Notes: generated from the letters alone by a model not told the origin. 63,245 nucleotides of DNA from Nitrospiraceae bacterium (GCA_003599425.1 QZKC01000094.1:1-63245); one strand, 5' to 3'; positions 28,526 through 38,007 are shown, numbered from the stretch's first letter. Numbers and translations are program-made.

Positions 28526-29865
28526 GATAGTGTAACCTCAATTGTGTGAAATTAAATATAAGGTAAAAAAGGGCGCGCCTCCTATAAAATATTTGCTACG
28601 GCAAATAACAAAAGATTAAAAGGAGGAGCACCCATGGAAATCAAAATTAGCGTACCAGAAGCAGTGGAATTAATCAAAGGATTGCAGGAGAGACCGTCAA
28701 GGATATTTGAGATGGCCACAATGAATGTACAAAAAGATGTAGGTAATTACCTGACGAACCTGATGAAGGCAGAGTTGACGCATATTTTAGGGCGTGAGGA
28801 ATATGAGCGGAGCGACGGAGAAACAAATCACCGCAACGGCAGCTATGCACGCAAGTTTTGCATCAAAGGGATAGGAGAAGTAGATACAAAAGTACCGAGG
28901 GACCGCAAGGGAGAATATCAGACACAAGTGTTGCCCCGCAGTAAACAATATGAGAACAGGATAGCGGAGGATATCTCGATGATGTATCTTGCGGGGATAA
29001 GTACACGCACACTGTCGATGTTGAGCAAACGTCTTATCGGCAGGGCTCTTTCCCATGAAGAAGTCAGTAGTGCCAACAGAGAGTTGACAGATGCGGTAGA
29101 GAAGTGGCGTAGCCGCGATTTATCCGGGGAGAAGATAAAGTACATATTTGTAGACGGGGTAATTTTCAAGATGAGGCTTGAATACAGCGTAGAGAATGTC
29201 GCAGTGCTTGTGGCGATAGGAGTAACAGAGAGTGGGGCCAAATTAGTGCTTGGACTGCAAAGCGGAGACAAGGAGTCAGCGACGAGCTGGAGGGAGTTTT
29301 TCAGGGATCTCAAAAGCAGAGGGCTTGATGGGTCATCAGTAACATTGGGAATAATGGATGGTCTTAGCGGCTTAGAGAAAGTATTTGAAGAGGAATTTCC
29401 CAACTCTAAGGTGCAGAGGTGTCAGGTGCACGTAGCTCGTAATGTATTGGCAAAAGTTCCTCATAAGATAAAAAAGGAAGTAGCAGATGATCTCAGATCC
29501 ATATTCTACGCATCCTCAAAGAAAAAGGCAGATGACTTTTACAAAACATTTAATAAGAAATGGGAGAAGGAGCTTCCCTCGGCAGTAAAATCATTACGTC
29601 AGTCAATAAATGCGTGTTTAACATTTTTCAAGTATCCTGAGGAAGAATGGATATCTTTACGGACAACAAACATAGTTGAACGACTGAACAAGGAATTCAA
29701 GCGCAGGACAAAGCCTATGGAGATAGTAGCCGGAGAGAATGCATGTTACAGACTTCTGGCATTTATATCATTAAAGATGGAGTTGAGTTGGAGAGCAAAC
29801 CCAATAGGAAAGGTGCGACCCAATTTACCGTTATATCAAATTCACACAAAATAGTTGACATTATC
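28526..29865 (+). mobile_element. IS256-family insertion sequence, 1340 bp, complete
   Basis: 28-bp imperfect terminal IRs (GATAGTGTAACCTCAATTGTGTGAAATT vs GATAATGTCAACTATTTTGTGTGAATTT, 21/28 identical); 8-bp target duplication ATTCCTTT at 28518-28525 and 29866-29873. Confidence 0.95.
28634..29854 (+). CDS. IS256 (Mutator) family transposase
   Basis: VPRDR, YIFVDG, MDGLSGL, QRCQVH..RN, RTTNIVERLNKEFKRRT. Confidence 0.96.
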   Translation: MEIKISVPEAVELIKGLQERPSRIFEMATMNVQKDVGNYLTNLMKAELTHILGREEYERSDGETNHRNGSYARKFCIKGIGEVDTKVPRDRKGEYQTQVLPRSKQYENRIAEDISMMYLAGISTRTLSMLSKRLIGRALSHEEVSSANRELTDAVEKWRSRDLSGEKIKYIFVDGVIFKMRLEYSVENVAVLVAIGVTESGAKLVLGLQSGDKESATSWREFFRDLKSRGLDGSSVTLGIMDGLSGLEKVFEEEFPNSKVQRCQVHVARNVLAKVPHKIKKEVADDLRSIFYASSKKKADDFYKTFNKKWEKELPSAVKSLRQSINACLTFFKYPEEEWISLRTTNIVERLNKEFKRRTKPMEIVAGENACYRLLAFISLKMELSWRANPIGKVRPNLPLYQIHTK

Positions 29866-30062
29866 ATTCCTTTCAACTTTTCTTAGAATAAATCATAATT
29901 TCTGATGATGATATTAATAAATACAATAAAATAGGCGCATTTTTATACTGGAATACTGGATAAGCAATTTAGTACAATGTATGCAACATTAAGGCAGCAA
30001 TTGATGTTTTTGAGGACGTCAGCAAGTCAGGATTAATATAAAATGTTTAATTTATTATTGCA

Positions 30063-30830
30063 ATGAAAGTATCAATAGTAACATCGGTATACAATGGTAA
30101 TGGGACTATCGAGGAATGTATTAGCAGCGTTCTTAATCAAAGCTATAGAAATATAGAATATATAGTGGTAGACGGGAAGTCTAATGACGGAACTACCGAT
30201 GTTATAAAAAAATATAAAAAACATATAGCCAAGATAATCAACGAGCCCGACAAAGGCCTTTATGATGCGTTAAACAAAGGCATTGAGGCAGCAACAGGAG
30301 ATGTAGTCGGCTTTCTTCATTCTGATGATTTTTATCCACACGAAAACGTTATACAAAATGTAGTTTCCCATATGAACAATTGTGATATTGACAGTTGTTA
30401 TGGAGACCTTGTTTACGTAGCAAAAAGAGATAGAACAAAGATAGTCAGATACTGGAAATCAGCCCCTTTCAATGATGGATTGTTTAAAAAGGGATGGATG
30501 CCGCCTCATCCGACTTTTTTTGTAAAAAGAGAAATATACACCAGATATGGCAGTTTCAATACTCAATTTAAGATTGCTGCTGACTATGAGTTAATGCTAA
30601 GATTTCTTGCAAAAAACAATATATCTTCCCATTATATCCCTGAGATTCTCGTAATCATGAGGACAGGCGGTAGAAGCAATAAGAGTCTGAAAAATATACT
30701 TATAACAAGTCGTGAGGATTATAACGCCTGGAAGGTAAACAATATTAAAGGTGGCTTTCATTCGATCCTGTTAAAGAAGCTTTGTAAGATACCGCAGTTT
30801 ATCAATAAATCAAATGGATTACATAAATGA
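30063..30830 (+). CDS. Glycosyltransferase family 2 (WcaE-like)
   Basis: VDGKSNDGT, EPDKGLYDALNKG, FLHSDD, MPPHP, IAADYE. Confidence 0.92.
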   Translation: MKVSIVTSVYNGNGTIEECISSVLNQSYRNIEYIVVDGKSNDGTTDVIKKYKKHIAKIINEPDKGLYDALNKGIEAATGDVVGFLHSDDFYPHENVIQNVVSHMNNCDIDSCYGDLVYVAKRDRTKIVRYWKSAPFNDGLFKKGWMPPHPTFFVKREIYTRYGSFNTQFKIAADYELMLRFLAKNNISSHYIPEILVIMRTGGRSNKSLKNILITSREDYNAWKVNNIKGGFHSILLKKLCKIPQFINKSNGLHK

Positions 30831-30865
30831 TAACGAGATTTTTACAGGTACTGGATCAACTCATT

Positions 30866-32265
30866 TCAAGTGCTCCTCTCCTTCAAATGCATTGCAGATG
30901 TTTTTACTGCCGCATGATTATTCAGGTTTCCTAAACTAATCCCTACAAAAGCACAATAAGTAAATAACACTGGGGCAATGTTTATCCCACTGCCAAGACT
31001 ATATATTAAAATACATGGAATAAAAGCACGTAATCCTGCAAATAAATTTTTTGTTTTATCATTAGCTGCACGTTTTCTTGCAATGTGAAGTACAAAGAAA
31101 AACATGACGATGAAGCTAATAAAGCATAGCGTGCCAACTATCCCAGTCTCAGCTAATATCTGAAACCAGAATTGCTCAATGCTTCTACTCTCCATCAAGT
31201 ACGGTATTAGATTAAAATTATATTTCTCATAACTAGGTGAATTATACAGAAATGAAACTTTCCCTCCAAACATCCCCGGTCCAACCCCCCATAAAAAATT
31301 ATCTTTCCAGACTTCTATTGCTTTATGCCTTGAATACTTTCTTATGTCATGCGCAATAGTGATTTCGCCGCTTTCTGGCAAATGTGATTCAAAAATAGTA
31401 GACAAGTTAAAATCATCACCTAAATTTACCCAGGCTAATGCAAATGCTATCGGAAAAAGTAAAGGCAGTAAAAGCCATTTCTTTCTTTTCATCATTTCTA
31501 TAGCTAATACAACTATCAAGCCCCCATAGGCTATTCTTGAAACACTGAAGAAGATGCCAGAAAACAGGAGAGCAACAACTGAGATTCTCACTTTTTGAGC
31601 AACATATATATAAATAGTAAGAATTAGAAGACAATATAAGCCGAGAATATATGGATGACCTGTTAAGGAAGGTGTTCTGAGAATTCCCAATCTCCAAAAG
31701 ATATTCTCAAACTCATATTGTCTAAATGAGGCTCCATTTAATAAAATATATATGCTTTTATCTGTAATATCTCTTCCTAATATATATACGGAACTCATCG
31801 CCCAAACGGATTGAATCAACGCGAATAGCCCGAGTATCAATGCTACTGATTGCAGGAAATGAAATATTTTATTGAAATCTTTGGAGTCGTTAAAAAAAAC
31901 AGCATAAATAAAAATAACAAAGAAATTCTTTACATAATCAAACGTGCCAAGAGCAGTTACAAGGACAGGATTCCCATTGATAGCCCCGGATACAAATCCA
32001 TAAATGCCAAAAACAATTAAAGGGGATAGTAAAAAAAAAATGTTTTGTCTAATATTCTTTTGTGATTATAATACTCTCTGATCGAAAGCAATAAAAAAAT
32101 AACAACGGTAAGTTCATCTAACATGTTAACGGCATTTGATAATTTACTGCTCCAAGGAATAATAAGTGAGGAAAGGGCCATTTGGAAGGGCAATAGAAAG
32201 AGAATAGCCACAAGCCAACTTCTGATAAGGCCCGTGTACACGGGATTTTCACTATTTACTCCCAT
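30866..32265 (-). pseudogene. O-antigen ligase/Wzy_C-like membrane protein split at a T10 homopolymer
   Basis: Track ORFs 32017..32265 and 30866..31840 join into one 466-aa frame if the run at 32031-32040 has 11 (or 8) bases; FFSVSRIAY, WGVGPGMFG, Q..AETGIVG motifs. Confidence 0.8.
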
Positions 32266-32300
32266 ATTATTTTTTTTTTTTGCATTAACAAAAGAATAAT

Positions 32301-33539
32301 TTACATTTTATTCTTGAAAGAAAGATACCCCTTGAGAATTTCCATTCTTTCGTTCTTACCAGTCCTTTCACGAAATTCAAGGTAAAAGGATAAAAAACAA
32401 GAAAAGAAAAAGGCAAAGATTGTAGTCGCCAAGGCTTTTTTCATACCAAACTTTCTAATAGTGCTCTTCTTCTCAGGAGGGATTGCTTTATCTATCACCT
32501 GGATTAAAATCGGATCTCTCGACTCTTCAACTTTTGCCAATTCGTATTGCTTAACCAATATTTCATAGAGAGCTTCATTAAATTTCAGTTGCCTGAATTT
32601 GCGTTTGTAATCAAGTCCCAATGAAGGTATCGTACCTGTCGGGATCAGCATATTTTTTCCATTCCTTTCGTTTGCCTCAAGCTTGGCCAGTTCATTTTTA
32701 AATGCTTTTACTGTTTCCTCGACCCGTTGTACATCAGGATTGCTGACAGTAGAGTAAGACTTCATTATCTGGAGTTCAATCTCTTTTGCGATTATTTGTG
32801 CCTGTAGATCAGCGATCTTCTTGATGACAATTTCTGTCTGAGTTTCAGCAGTCAAAAGCCCAGTACTCTGCTGAAATGTTTTCATATCATCTTCTGATTT
32901 CATGAGGGTTTCCTGTGCCTGTTTTAATTGTTCTTCGAAAAAGAGCCTTTTCTTTGACGTTTCAGAAACTGCCAGATTTTTAATGAATATTTTAAGTTCT
33001 TCCACAATTCCGTTTGCAATGTCTGCAGCTCTATTTGCATTATCGTTTACTACTTTGATTTTTATCAGTGGAGATTGCCTTCCTCTCAACAAATTAGTCC
33101 TTTTTTCTTCGGTAAGATCTGGCTCAATCGATACATCTTCAAGAAACATTTTCCGTACTTTCTCTGAATCTTTTATCCCATAATAATTTCTTAATTTAAA
33201 CCGTTCGATGATCCTGTCATTAAAGGTTCTGCTTTTTAATATTTCTACCAGCAAATCTTGTCTGGTGTAATTGGTTCCACTCACTTCGGGCAGAAAGCCT
33301 AAATCCCGCATAAACTGATTTGCCATGCCCCTGCTTTCACCCTGTGGGGGCAATATTGTAGTTTCAGCATGATAGAAAGTGTATTTAAAAAAAGTGAGAA
33401 GAAAGGTAATAAGTGCAACAGGCAGGGTAATCTTCAATATGAGTTTTTTTCTTTTCGCGAGCACGATCAGATAATCAAGAAAATGTGTATCATCCTCTTT
33501 CTGCCCATCATCTGTTTTGTTATTTATATTGGTATCCAT
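32301..33539 (-). CDS. Wzz/GumC polysaccharide co-polymerase (chain-length regulator)
   Basis: Two TM helices flanking a coiled-coil periplasmic domain; AETTILPP; IQVIDKAIPPEKK. Confidence 0.85.
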   Translation of the reverse strand: MDTNINNKTDDGQKEDDTHFLDYLIVLAKRKKLILKITLPVALITFLLTFFKYTFYHAETTILPPQGESRGMANQFMRDLGFLPEVSGTNYTRQDLLVEILKSRTFNDRIIERFKLRNYYGIKDSEKVRKMFLEDVSIEPDLTEEKRTNLLRGRQSPLIKIKVVNDNANRAADIANGIVEELKIFIKNLAVSETSKKRLFFEEQLKQAQETLMKSEDDMKTFQQSTGLLTAETQTEIVIKKIADLQAQIIAKEIELQIMKSYSTVSNPDVQRVEETVKAFKNELAKLEANERNGKNMLIPTGTIPSLGLDYKRKFRQLKFNEALYEILVKQYELAKVEESRDPILIQVIDKAIPPEKKSTIRKFGMKKALATTIFAFFFSCFLSFYLEFRERTGKNERMEILKGYLSFKNKM

Positions 33540-33554
33540 CGGAAGCGATTAAGA

Positions 33555-33630
33555 ATATTAAAAAAGATACCCTCATATTGTCAATGTACGCGCGCTTCTC
33601 TTGCCCTTTCCCCGCCCTTTAGGCTATAGT
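33555..33630. promoter_or_regulatory. Divergent sigma70-like promoters between wzz-like and surA-like genes
   Basis: Minus: TTGACA(33584-33579)-18 bp-TAATAT. Plus: TTGCCC(33601)-18 bp-TATAGT(33625-33630). Confidence 0.45.
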
Positions 33631-33636
33631 ATTTTC

Positions 33637-34308
33637 ATGCTGAAGACAATGAGTACCAACAAGCTTTTTACTCTGGTGATCCTCTCGGCGGTAACGTTCA
33701 TGATCATCATAACTTTCATCTTTTGGGGCATCGGACCCAAGGATAATCCGACATCAGCGGTTCTGGCACAGGTCGAAAAAGAAAAGATCACGGTCGAAGA
33801 ATTCTGGCGCACTTATGATAATGAATACAAGCGCCTCAGGGAGGCAGGAACCAAAGATGAAGACCTGGAAAAAATGCAAATCAAGGATAAGGTACTGAAC
33901 TTACTCGTTGACAGAGCAGTCCTGCTTGCAGCCGCCCAAAAGGCTGGGGTCTCGGTGACCGAAAAGGAAATGCAGGATTCTATCATCAATACCCAGTTTT
34001 TTCAGAGAAACGGTGTGTTCGACAGGGGAGTATATGAAAGAGCTCTGAAGCTGAACCATATGACCCCTCAGTTATACGAAGGCATGCTTAAGAAAGATCT
34101 GATCATCAGCAAGATGACAAGACTCATAGGGGAAACAACTGAGCTTTCAGCAGATGACATAAAGATCCTCGATTCGCTCAGCGGGGGAAATCAGCAGCAG
34201 CTTCTGGAAATTTTCCGCTCAAGTAAGAGCACCCTCTCAGTCAAGGCTTACATAGAAGACTTTAAGCATCAACTGGACATAAAAGTTAATAAAGATCTTA
34301 TCTCCTGA
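33637..34308 (+). CDS. SurA N-terminal domain protein (PpiD-like chaperone lacking a parvulin domain)
   Basis: TM anchor FIFWGIG, FQRNGVFDRGVYERAL; start likely ATG 33637 (track TTG 33601). Confidence 0.8.
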   Translation: MLKTMSTNKLFTLVILSAVTFMIIITFIFWGIGPKDNPTSAVLAQVEKEKITVEEFWRTYDNEYKRLREAGTKDEDLEKMQIKDKVLNLLVDRAVLLAAAQKAGVSVTEKEMQDSIINTQFFQRNGVFDRGVYERALKLNHMTPQLYEGMLKKDLIISKMTRLIGETTELSADDIKILDSLSGGNQQQLLEIFRSSKSTLSVKAYIEDFKHQLDIKVNKDLIS

Positions 34309-34460
34309 TTATCTTTCATTTTATCCTTGCCATTACAGAATTAATTTCCATATGCGTTCAGATCAGTTAACGTCTTTTACCGATTGTACGGGTTCCTGAA
34401 CCTATTATTATAAATTTGCCCTTTAAAAAGTTTAGGTACAAATGTTATATAATGTAGGAC

Positions 34461-35372
34461 ATGAAAAAGGCAGCAGTTATAACTATACTTTTCACAATGA
34501 TACCTGCTCTCTTCCTCTCTGCACAGGAAAACGGGAAAAATGGCGGGGCTGTCACTGAGAAAACAAATGTCCATTATACCGGCAAGTACTGTACCGAATG
34601 CCACGAAAAGCCCCCTATAAAGGGCGGAGATAAGCTTCTAAATTATAATGGAGATTATACTCAGCTTTGTAAATGTCACGGGTATACTCCCGGAACATAT
34701 ATACATCCCGTTGATGTTGTTCCTTCTGAAGAAAAACATGCAAAGATACCAAAAGAATTCACCCTTGTCGACGGAAAGGTTTCCTGTCCCACCTGCCATG
34801 ATATGTATCTGCAATGCCAGAGAAACGATGAGAACAAGGTTCTTAATAAGTTCTTCCTGCGAGGCGCCCCTTATGTAAGCCGTACCACGCTCTGCTTCAG
34901 ATGTCACGATGAAAAAAAATATACACGGCTCGATCCGCATAATCAGTTGACGAAGACTGGGATTATTATTGTCGAAAAGTGCCTGTACTGCCATGTTGAG
35001 AAACCTGACGAAAAAAAATCAACTTTCAAAGAGGTCAAGCTTATAGGGAACCTTGAAGCACTCTGTGGCAGATGTCATTTTAAACAGACCCAGTTCCATC
35101 CCATAAATGCAAACCATCTGCGCAAACCATCTGAAAAAATCCTGGAAACATTGAGAGAGACCGAAAAACGTCTGGGGGTAGTGCTCCCGCTAAGTCAGGA
35201 GGGAAAGATCACATGCCCAACCTGTCATAATCCTCATGAACGAGGAGTAATACCAGGAGAAAGAGATGCTGCGCAGGGAGCAGGGGAAAAGTACCGTCTT
35301 CGTCTTGGGGGGCAGCACCTGCAGATCTGTTTTGCTTGCCATAAAGAGAAATTTGATGAGTATCAAAAATGA
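34461..35372 (+). CDS. Periplasmic multiheme cytochrome c (7 CxxCH plus 1 CxCH)
   Basis: CTECH, CPTCH, CFRCH, CLYCH, CGRCH, CPTCH, CFACH plus CKCH; signal peptide. Confidence 0.9.
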   Translation: MKKAAVITILFTMIPALFLSAQENGKNGGAVTEKTNVHYTGKYCTECHEKPPIKGGDKLLNYNGDYTQLCKCHGYTPGTYIHPVDVVPSEEKHAKIPKEFTLVDGKVSCPTCHDMYLQCQRNDENKVLNKFFLRGAPYVSRTTLCFRCHDEKKYTRLDPHNQLTKTGIIIVEKCLYCHVEKPDEKKSTFKEVKLIGNLEALCGRCHFKQTQFHPINANHLRKPSEKILETLRETEKRLGVVLPLSQEGKITCPTCHNPHERGVIPGERDAAQGAGEKYRLRLGGQHLQICFACHKEKFDEYQK

Positions 35373-35387
35373 GAAAAGCAGATAATG

Positions 35388-36881
35388 TTATAATTTCCCC
35401 CGGGGATAATCTCTGAACATTTGCCTGATCGTGCTGTTGCTGCGCAACTTTTCAGTCAATTCGATTAGCCCTCCTTGATCGGCGTATTCAATAGCAGTGT
35501 AGATAGCACTTGCTGCCCTCTCATTTACTACTTCTGCGTAAGGGTTTCTTTCAAGACCGCTCACAGCAGTTTTCAGTGCCGTTTCTGCCTCCTGCTTACG
35601 CCCTGATTTAAGGTAGGTCTCAAAGATCAGGAAGTCTGTCGGGAATGAGCCGTTCAGCATTACGTCCTTCTTATAATATTCAAGCGCCTCTGCCGGCCTG
35701 CCGAGATCGCGCAGGCAATGGGCGAAGTGGTAGAGACCGTTTCTCATGTCCGGGACAGCGGAAAATCCTGCCCTGAAAAACCGTTCAGCCTCCCCGCACT
35801 GACCTTTCACAAAATAAAGCGATCCAAGGTGCGATAACCCGGTACAGTAAAGTTTATCGGCATTGCAGGCTGCCATTGCTGCATCGAATGCCTTTTCAGA
35901 TTCTCCCTTAAGCATATAAGCATACGCTTTATACAATAGAAGCGATGGTTCTTTGAATTGGGGCGTATACAGTTGAATGAGCCTCAATATTTCATCAGGA
36001 TTGACACCGCGGTATTCATTATCTATTTGTTGCAAGAGAGCAAGTACTTCAGGGGGCGGTCCTTTAAGCAAGTCCGGCTTCTCAAGGATCATTGCCGCGG
36101 TATTACCAACCCACCGGAGATGCGGCTGGAGATAATCACCATTCACGGAATAACTGATAGCGGCACCCTGAATGTGGTAATGTTTTTCTGAAAGAGCATC
36201 AAACATCTCCTTCAATGCGGTAAGGTAGATGGCACGATGTTCATCAGAATACACAGGGAAAAAGTCAGCGTCAATGCTTAACAACACAGGGCTATTAATA
36301 TCGGGAAGCGACTCCAGTCCACAGACAGTAAATGGGATTCCATTCACCGAGCCATGAAACCGGTTATTCTCAAACAAAAAAGTCTGGATATCTTTATCAC
36401 TGAACATGACGGATCGTAAAAACCGTCGCAACTGTTCCTCAGTATCCCTTTGAGAAAAGAAATTATTAGGAATGACCCAATACACTTCCTTGAACATACT
36501 CAATCGCGCACCAGCGTAAATCCAGTTCCCTATATGGTACAGTCCATCGTCAGCGACCGAATCAGCATCAGCAAAACCTTTCCAGTCTCTTCGTCTGTAT
36601 AGATCTTCAAGCAAGGCCAGCTTTTCTTCTGGAATGCTACGGATATCATCGTGCGTATCAATATTGATAAGGACTGCATTATGTATCCCCTGTTCAGCCC
36701 ACTGAGCAAAGGCCTGACTATGATCTTCAACAACCAATGTATTCCTGACAGGTTCCCTGCCAAGAACAGGCGGTGGCTTTTCTTTCTCGCAACTGAAGAG
36801 ACCGAGCAGGATAAAAAAAAGAAAGGACAATTTGAGTCTCCAGAAAAATCCAAACACATTTAGATAAATTAGTTTGTTCAT
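35388..36881 (-). CDS. Putative lipoprotein: UPF0489-like (arginase/deacetylase-like) domain plus TPR repeats
   Basis: Lipobox LFSC; INIDTHDD, IGNWI...YWVIP, LLSIDADFF; C-terminal TPR-like helices. Confidence 0.6.
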   Translation of the reverse strand: MNKLIYLNVFGFFWRLKLSFLFFILLGLFSCEKEKPPPVLGREPVRNTLVVEDHSQAFAQWAEQGIHNAVLINIDTHDDIRSIPEEKLALLEDLYRRRDWKGFADADSVADDGLYHIGNWIYAGARLSMFKEVYWVIPNNFFSQRDTEEQLRRFLRSVMFSDKDIQTFLFENNRFHGSVNGIPFTVCGLESLPDINSPVLLSIDADFFPVYSDEHRAIYLTALKEMFDALSEKHYHIQGAAISYSVNGDYLQPHLRWVGNTAAMILEKPDLLKGPPPEVLALLQQIDNEYRGVNPDEILRLIQLYTPQFKEPSLLLYKAYAYMLKGESEKAFDAAMAACNADKLYCTGLSHLGSLYFVKGQCGEAERFFRAGFSAVPDMRNGLYHFAHCLRDLGRPAEALEYYKKDVMLNGSFPTDFLIFETYLKSGRKQEAETALKTAVSGLERNPYAEVVNERAASAIYTAIEYADQGGLIELTEKLRSNSTIRQMFRDYPRGKL

Positions 36882-36993
36882 ATGCGATATACCTATATTA
36901 TACGTGCTGATTCAGTTCAATGCTCAATGGTATATATCGCTTTCACTGCTTAGGAACAATTAATATCCTATCACTCAGTAACGGTAAAACAGT

Positions 36994-37025
36994 AAAAAAA
37001 AAAGGGCGACCCATTGGGCCGCCTC
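36994..37025 (-). terminator. Rho-independent terminator after the 20-aa peptide gene
   Basis: Minus strand AGGCGGCCC-AAT-GGGTCGCCC followed by T10. Confidence 0.88.
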
Positions 37026-37048
37026 TGGAAATTTAATGTGCTTCTGCA

Positions 37049-37111
37049 TCAGCAGGGATGCACGTTTGCAGTACCCACTACCTTCGGTTTTACATAGGTT
37101 AACTTTTTCAT
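37049..37111 (-). CDS. 20-aa peptide MKKLTYVKPKVVGTANVHPC (absent from ORF track)
   Basis: AAAGGAGGT Shine-Dalgarno 6 nt before ATG; TGA stop; terminator about 24 nt downstream. Confidence 0.8.
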   Translation of the reverse strand: MKKLTYVKPKVVGTANVHPC

Positions 37112-37159
37112 TTCTGTACCTCCTTTCGGTTCTGTAGACTTTTTTAGTATGTCAACAAA

Positions 37160-37921
37160 TTATTGCTGTTTTTTATCTTCCTTCGTCCTGTCCCACCGGG
37201 AGCTGGGGTTCTCCTTGACGCGGATATCAATCCCCCGGGTAACCTCCCCCATTTGAACTGTGGCTTTTTCAACAGGTTTACTCGCGCCCACAGCTCTTAC
37301 GTAATATTCGCCATCCTCATCAACACGTACGATATATTTGCCGTCAAAGCCTGTTCTCCTGTCAGATATGTAGACAAGATTCTGTATCTGCGGATCGGTG
37401 GATGCATAGACAAGCACCCCTTCAGCAGGCGTCCCGTCCTTAAGGAGCACCTTGCCTTCAATAGCAGTTTTACCGGCAGGAAGCCATTCCTCTTTAAATG
37501 GCACTGCCCCTGAGATTACGCCAATATTTGTTGCTCCCTCTGATGTAACCATATAGGTCTTTATCTCGCGGCTGTCCCACGCAGGCCAGGTCGGGTCTCC
37601 CGCGTCGATAGGAGGTCCGGGGTTCTCACCTGAAAGCTTCTTTGTCGCCAGCATATAGTACTCCCCTGCCGGGATGATTTCGCTGAAGCTTCCGTCCGCC
37701 CCAGTGCGGCTAAAGAAATCGCACATCCTCCAGTACTCACGCCTGAAAGGCGAGCCCGATTCAACCCTGTAAAGGCAGACCTGTGCCTCGGATAATGCAT
37801 CACCGTTAATAGTCAGGATCGTCCCCTTTATCATGCCAAATTCTGTTACCTGAGCAAAGGCAGGGTTCAGCGCCAAAATCAGGCAAAGTCCAGAGAACAG
37901 TGTGATAATCAGTTTTCTCAT
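37160..37921 (-). CDS. Secreted protein with two carboxypeptidase-regulatory-like beta-sandwich domains
   Basis: Signal peptide (AFA-Q); repeated I.G...G.P..G..V...T..DG.[FY]......G.YY pattern. Confidence 0.7.
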   Translation of the reverse strand: MRKLIITLFSGLCLILALNPAFAQVTEFGMIKGTILTINGDALSEAQVCLYRVESGSPFRREYWRMCDFFSRTGADGSFSEIIPAGEYYMLATKKLSGENPGPPIDAGDPTWPAWDSREIKTYMVTSEGATNIGVISGAVPFKEEWLPAGKTAIEGKVLLKDGTPAEGVLVYASTDPQIQNLVYISDRRTGFDGKYIVRVDEDGEYYVRAVGASKPVEKATVQMGEVTRGIDIRVKENPSSRWDRTKEDKKQQ

Positions 37922-38007
37922 ATTAAATTACAGGTGCCCGAACAGTATCTCTGCGAAGGGTCGCTGCGACATGGACCGCCCCTGTACGCATTATCATTAT
38001 ATCATCC

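Noticed and set aside
30666-30673. ops/JUMPStart-like GGCGGTAG
   Set aside because: It lies inside the GT2 coding sequence near its 3' end, lacks the downstream TG, and is not at an operon leader
36940-37051. Selenocysteine readthrough of the peptide's TGA (would give ...HPC-U-C...)
   Set aside because: The downstream hairpin starts about 24 nt after the UGA and is followed by T10, so it is a terminator, not a SECIS-like stem; the extension reads through the U-tract as FFF
37049-37111. Lasso peptide precursor
   Set aside because: It has a YxxPx[LV] leader motif, but the remainder is too short and has no Asp/Glu for a macrolactam; no lasso cyclase or peptidase nearby
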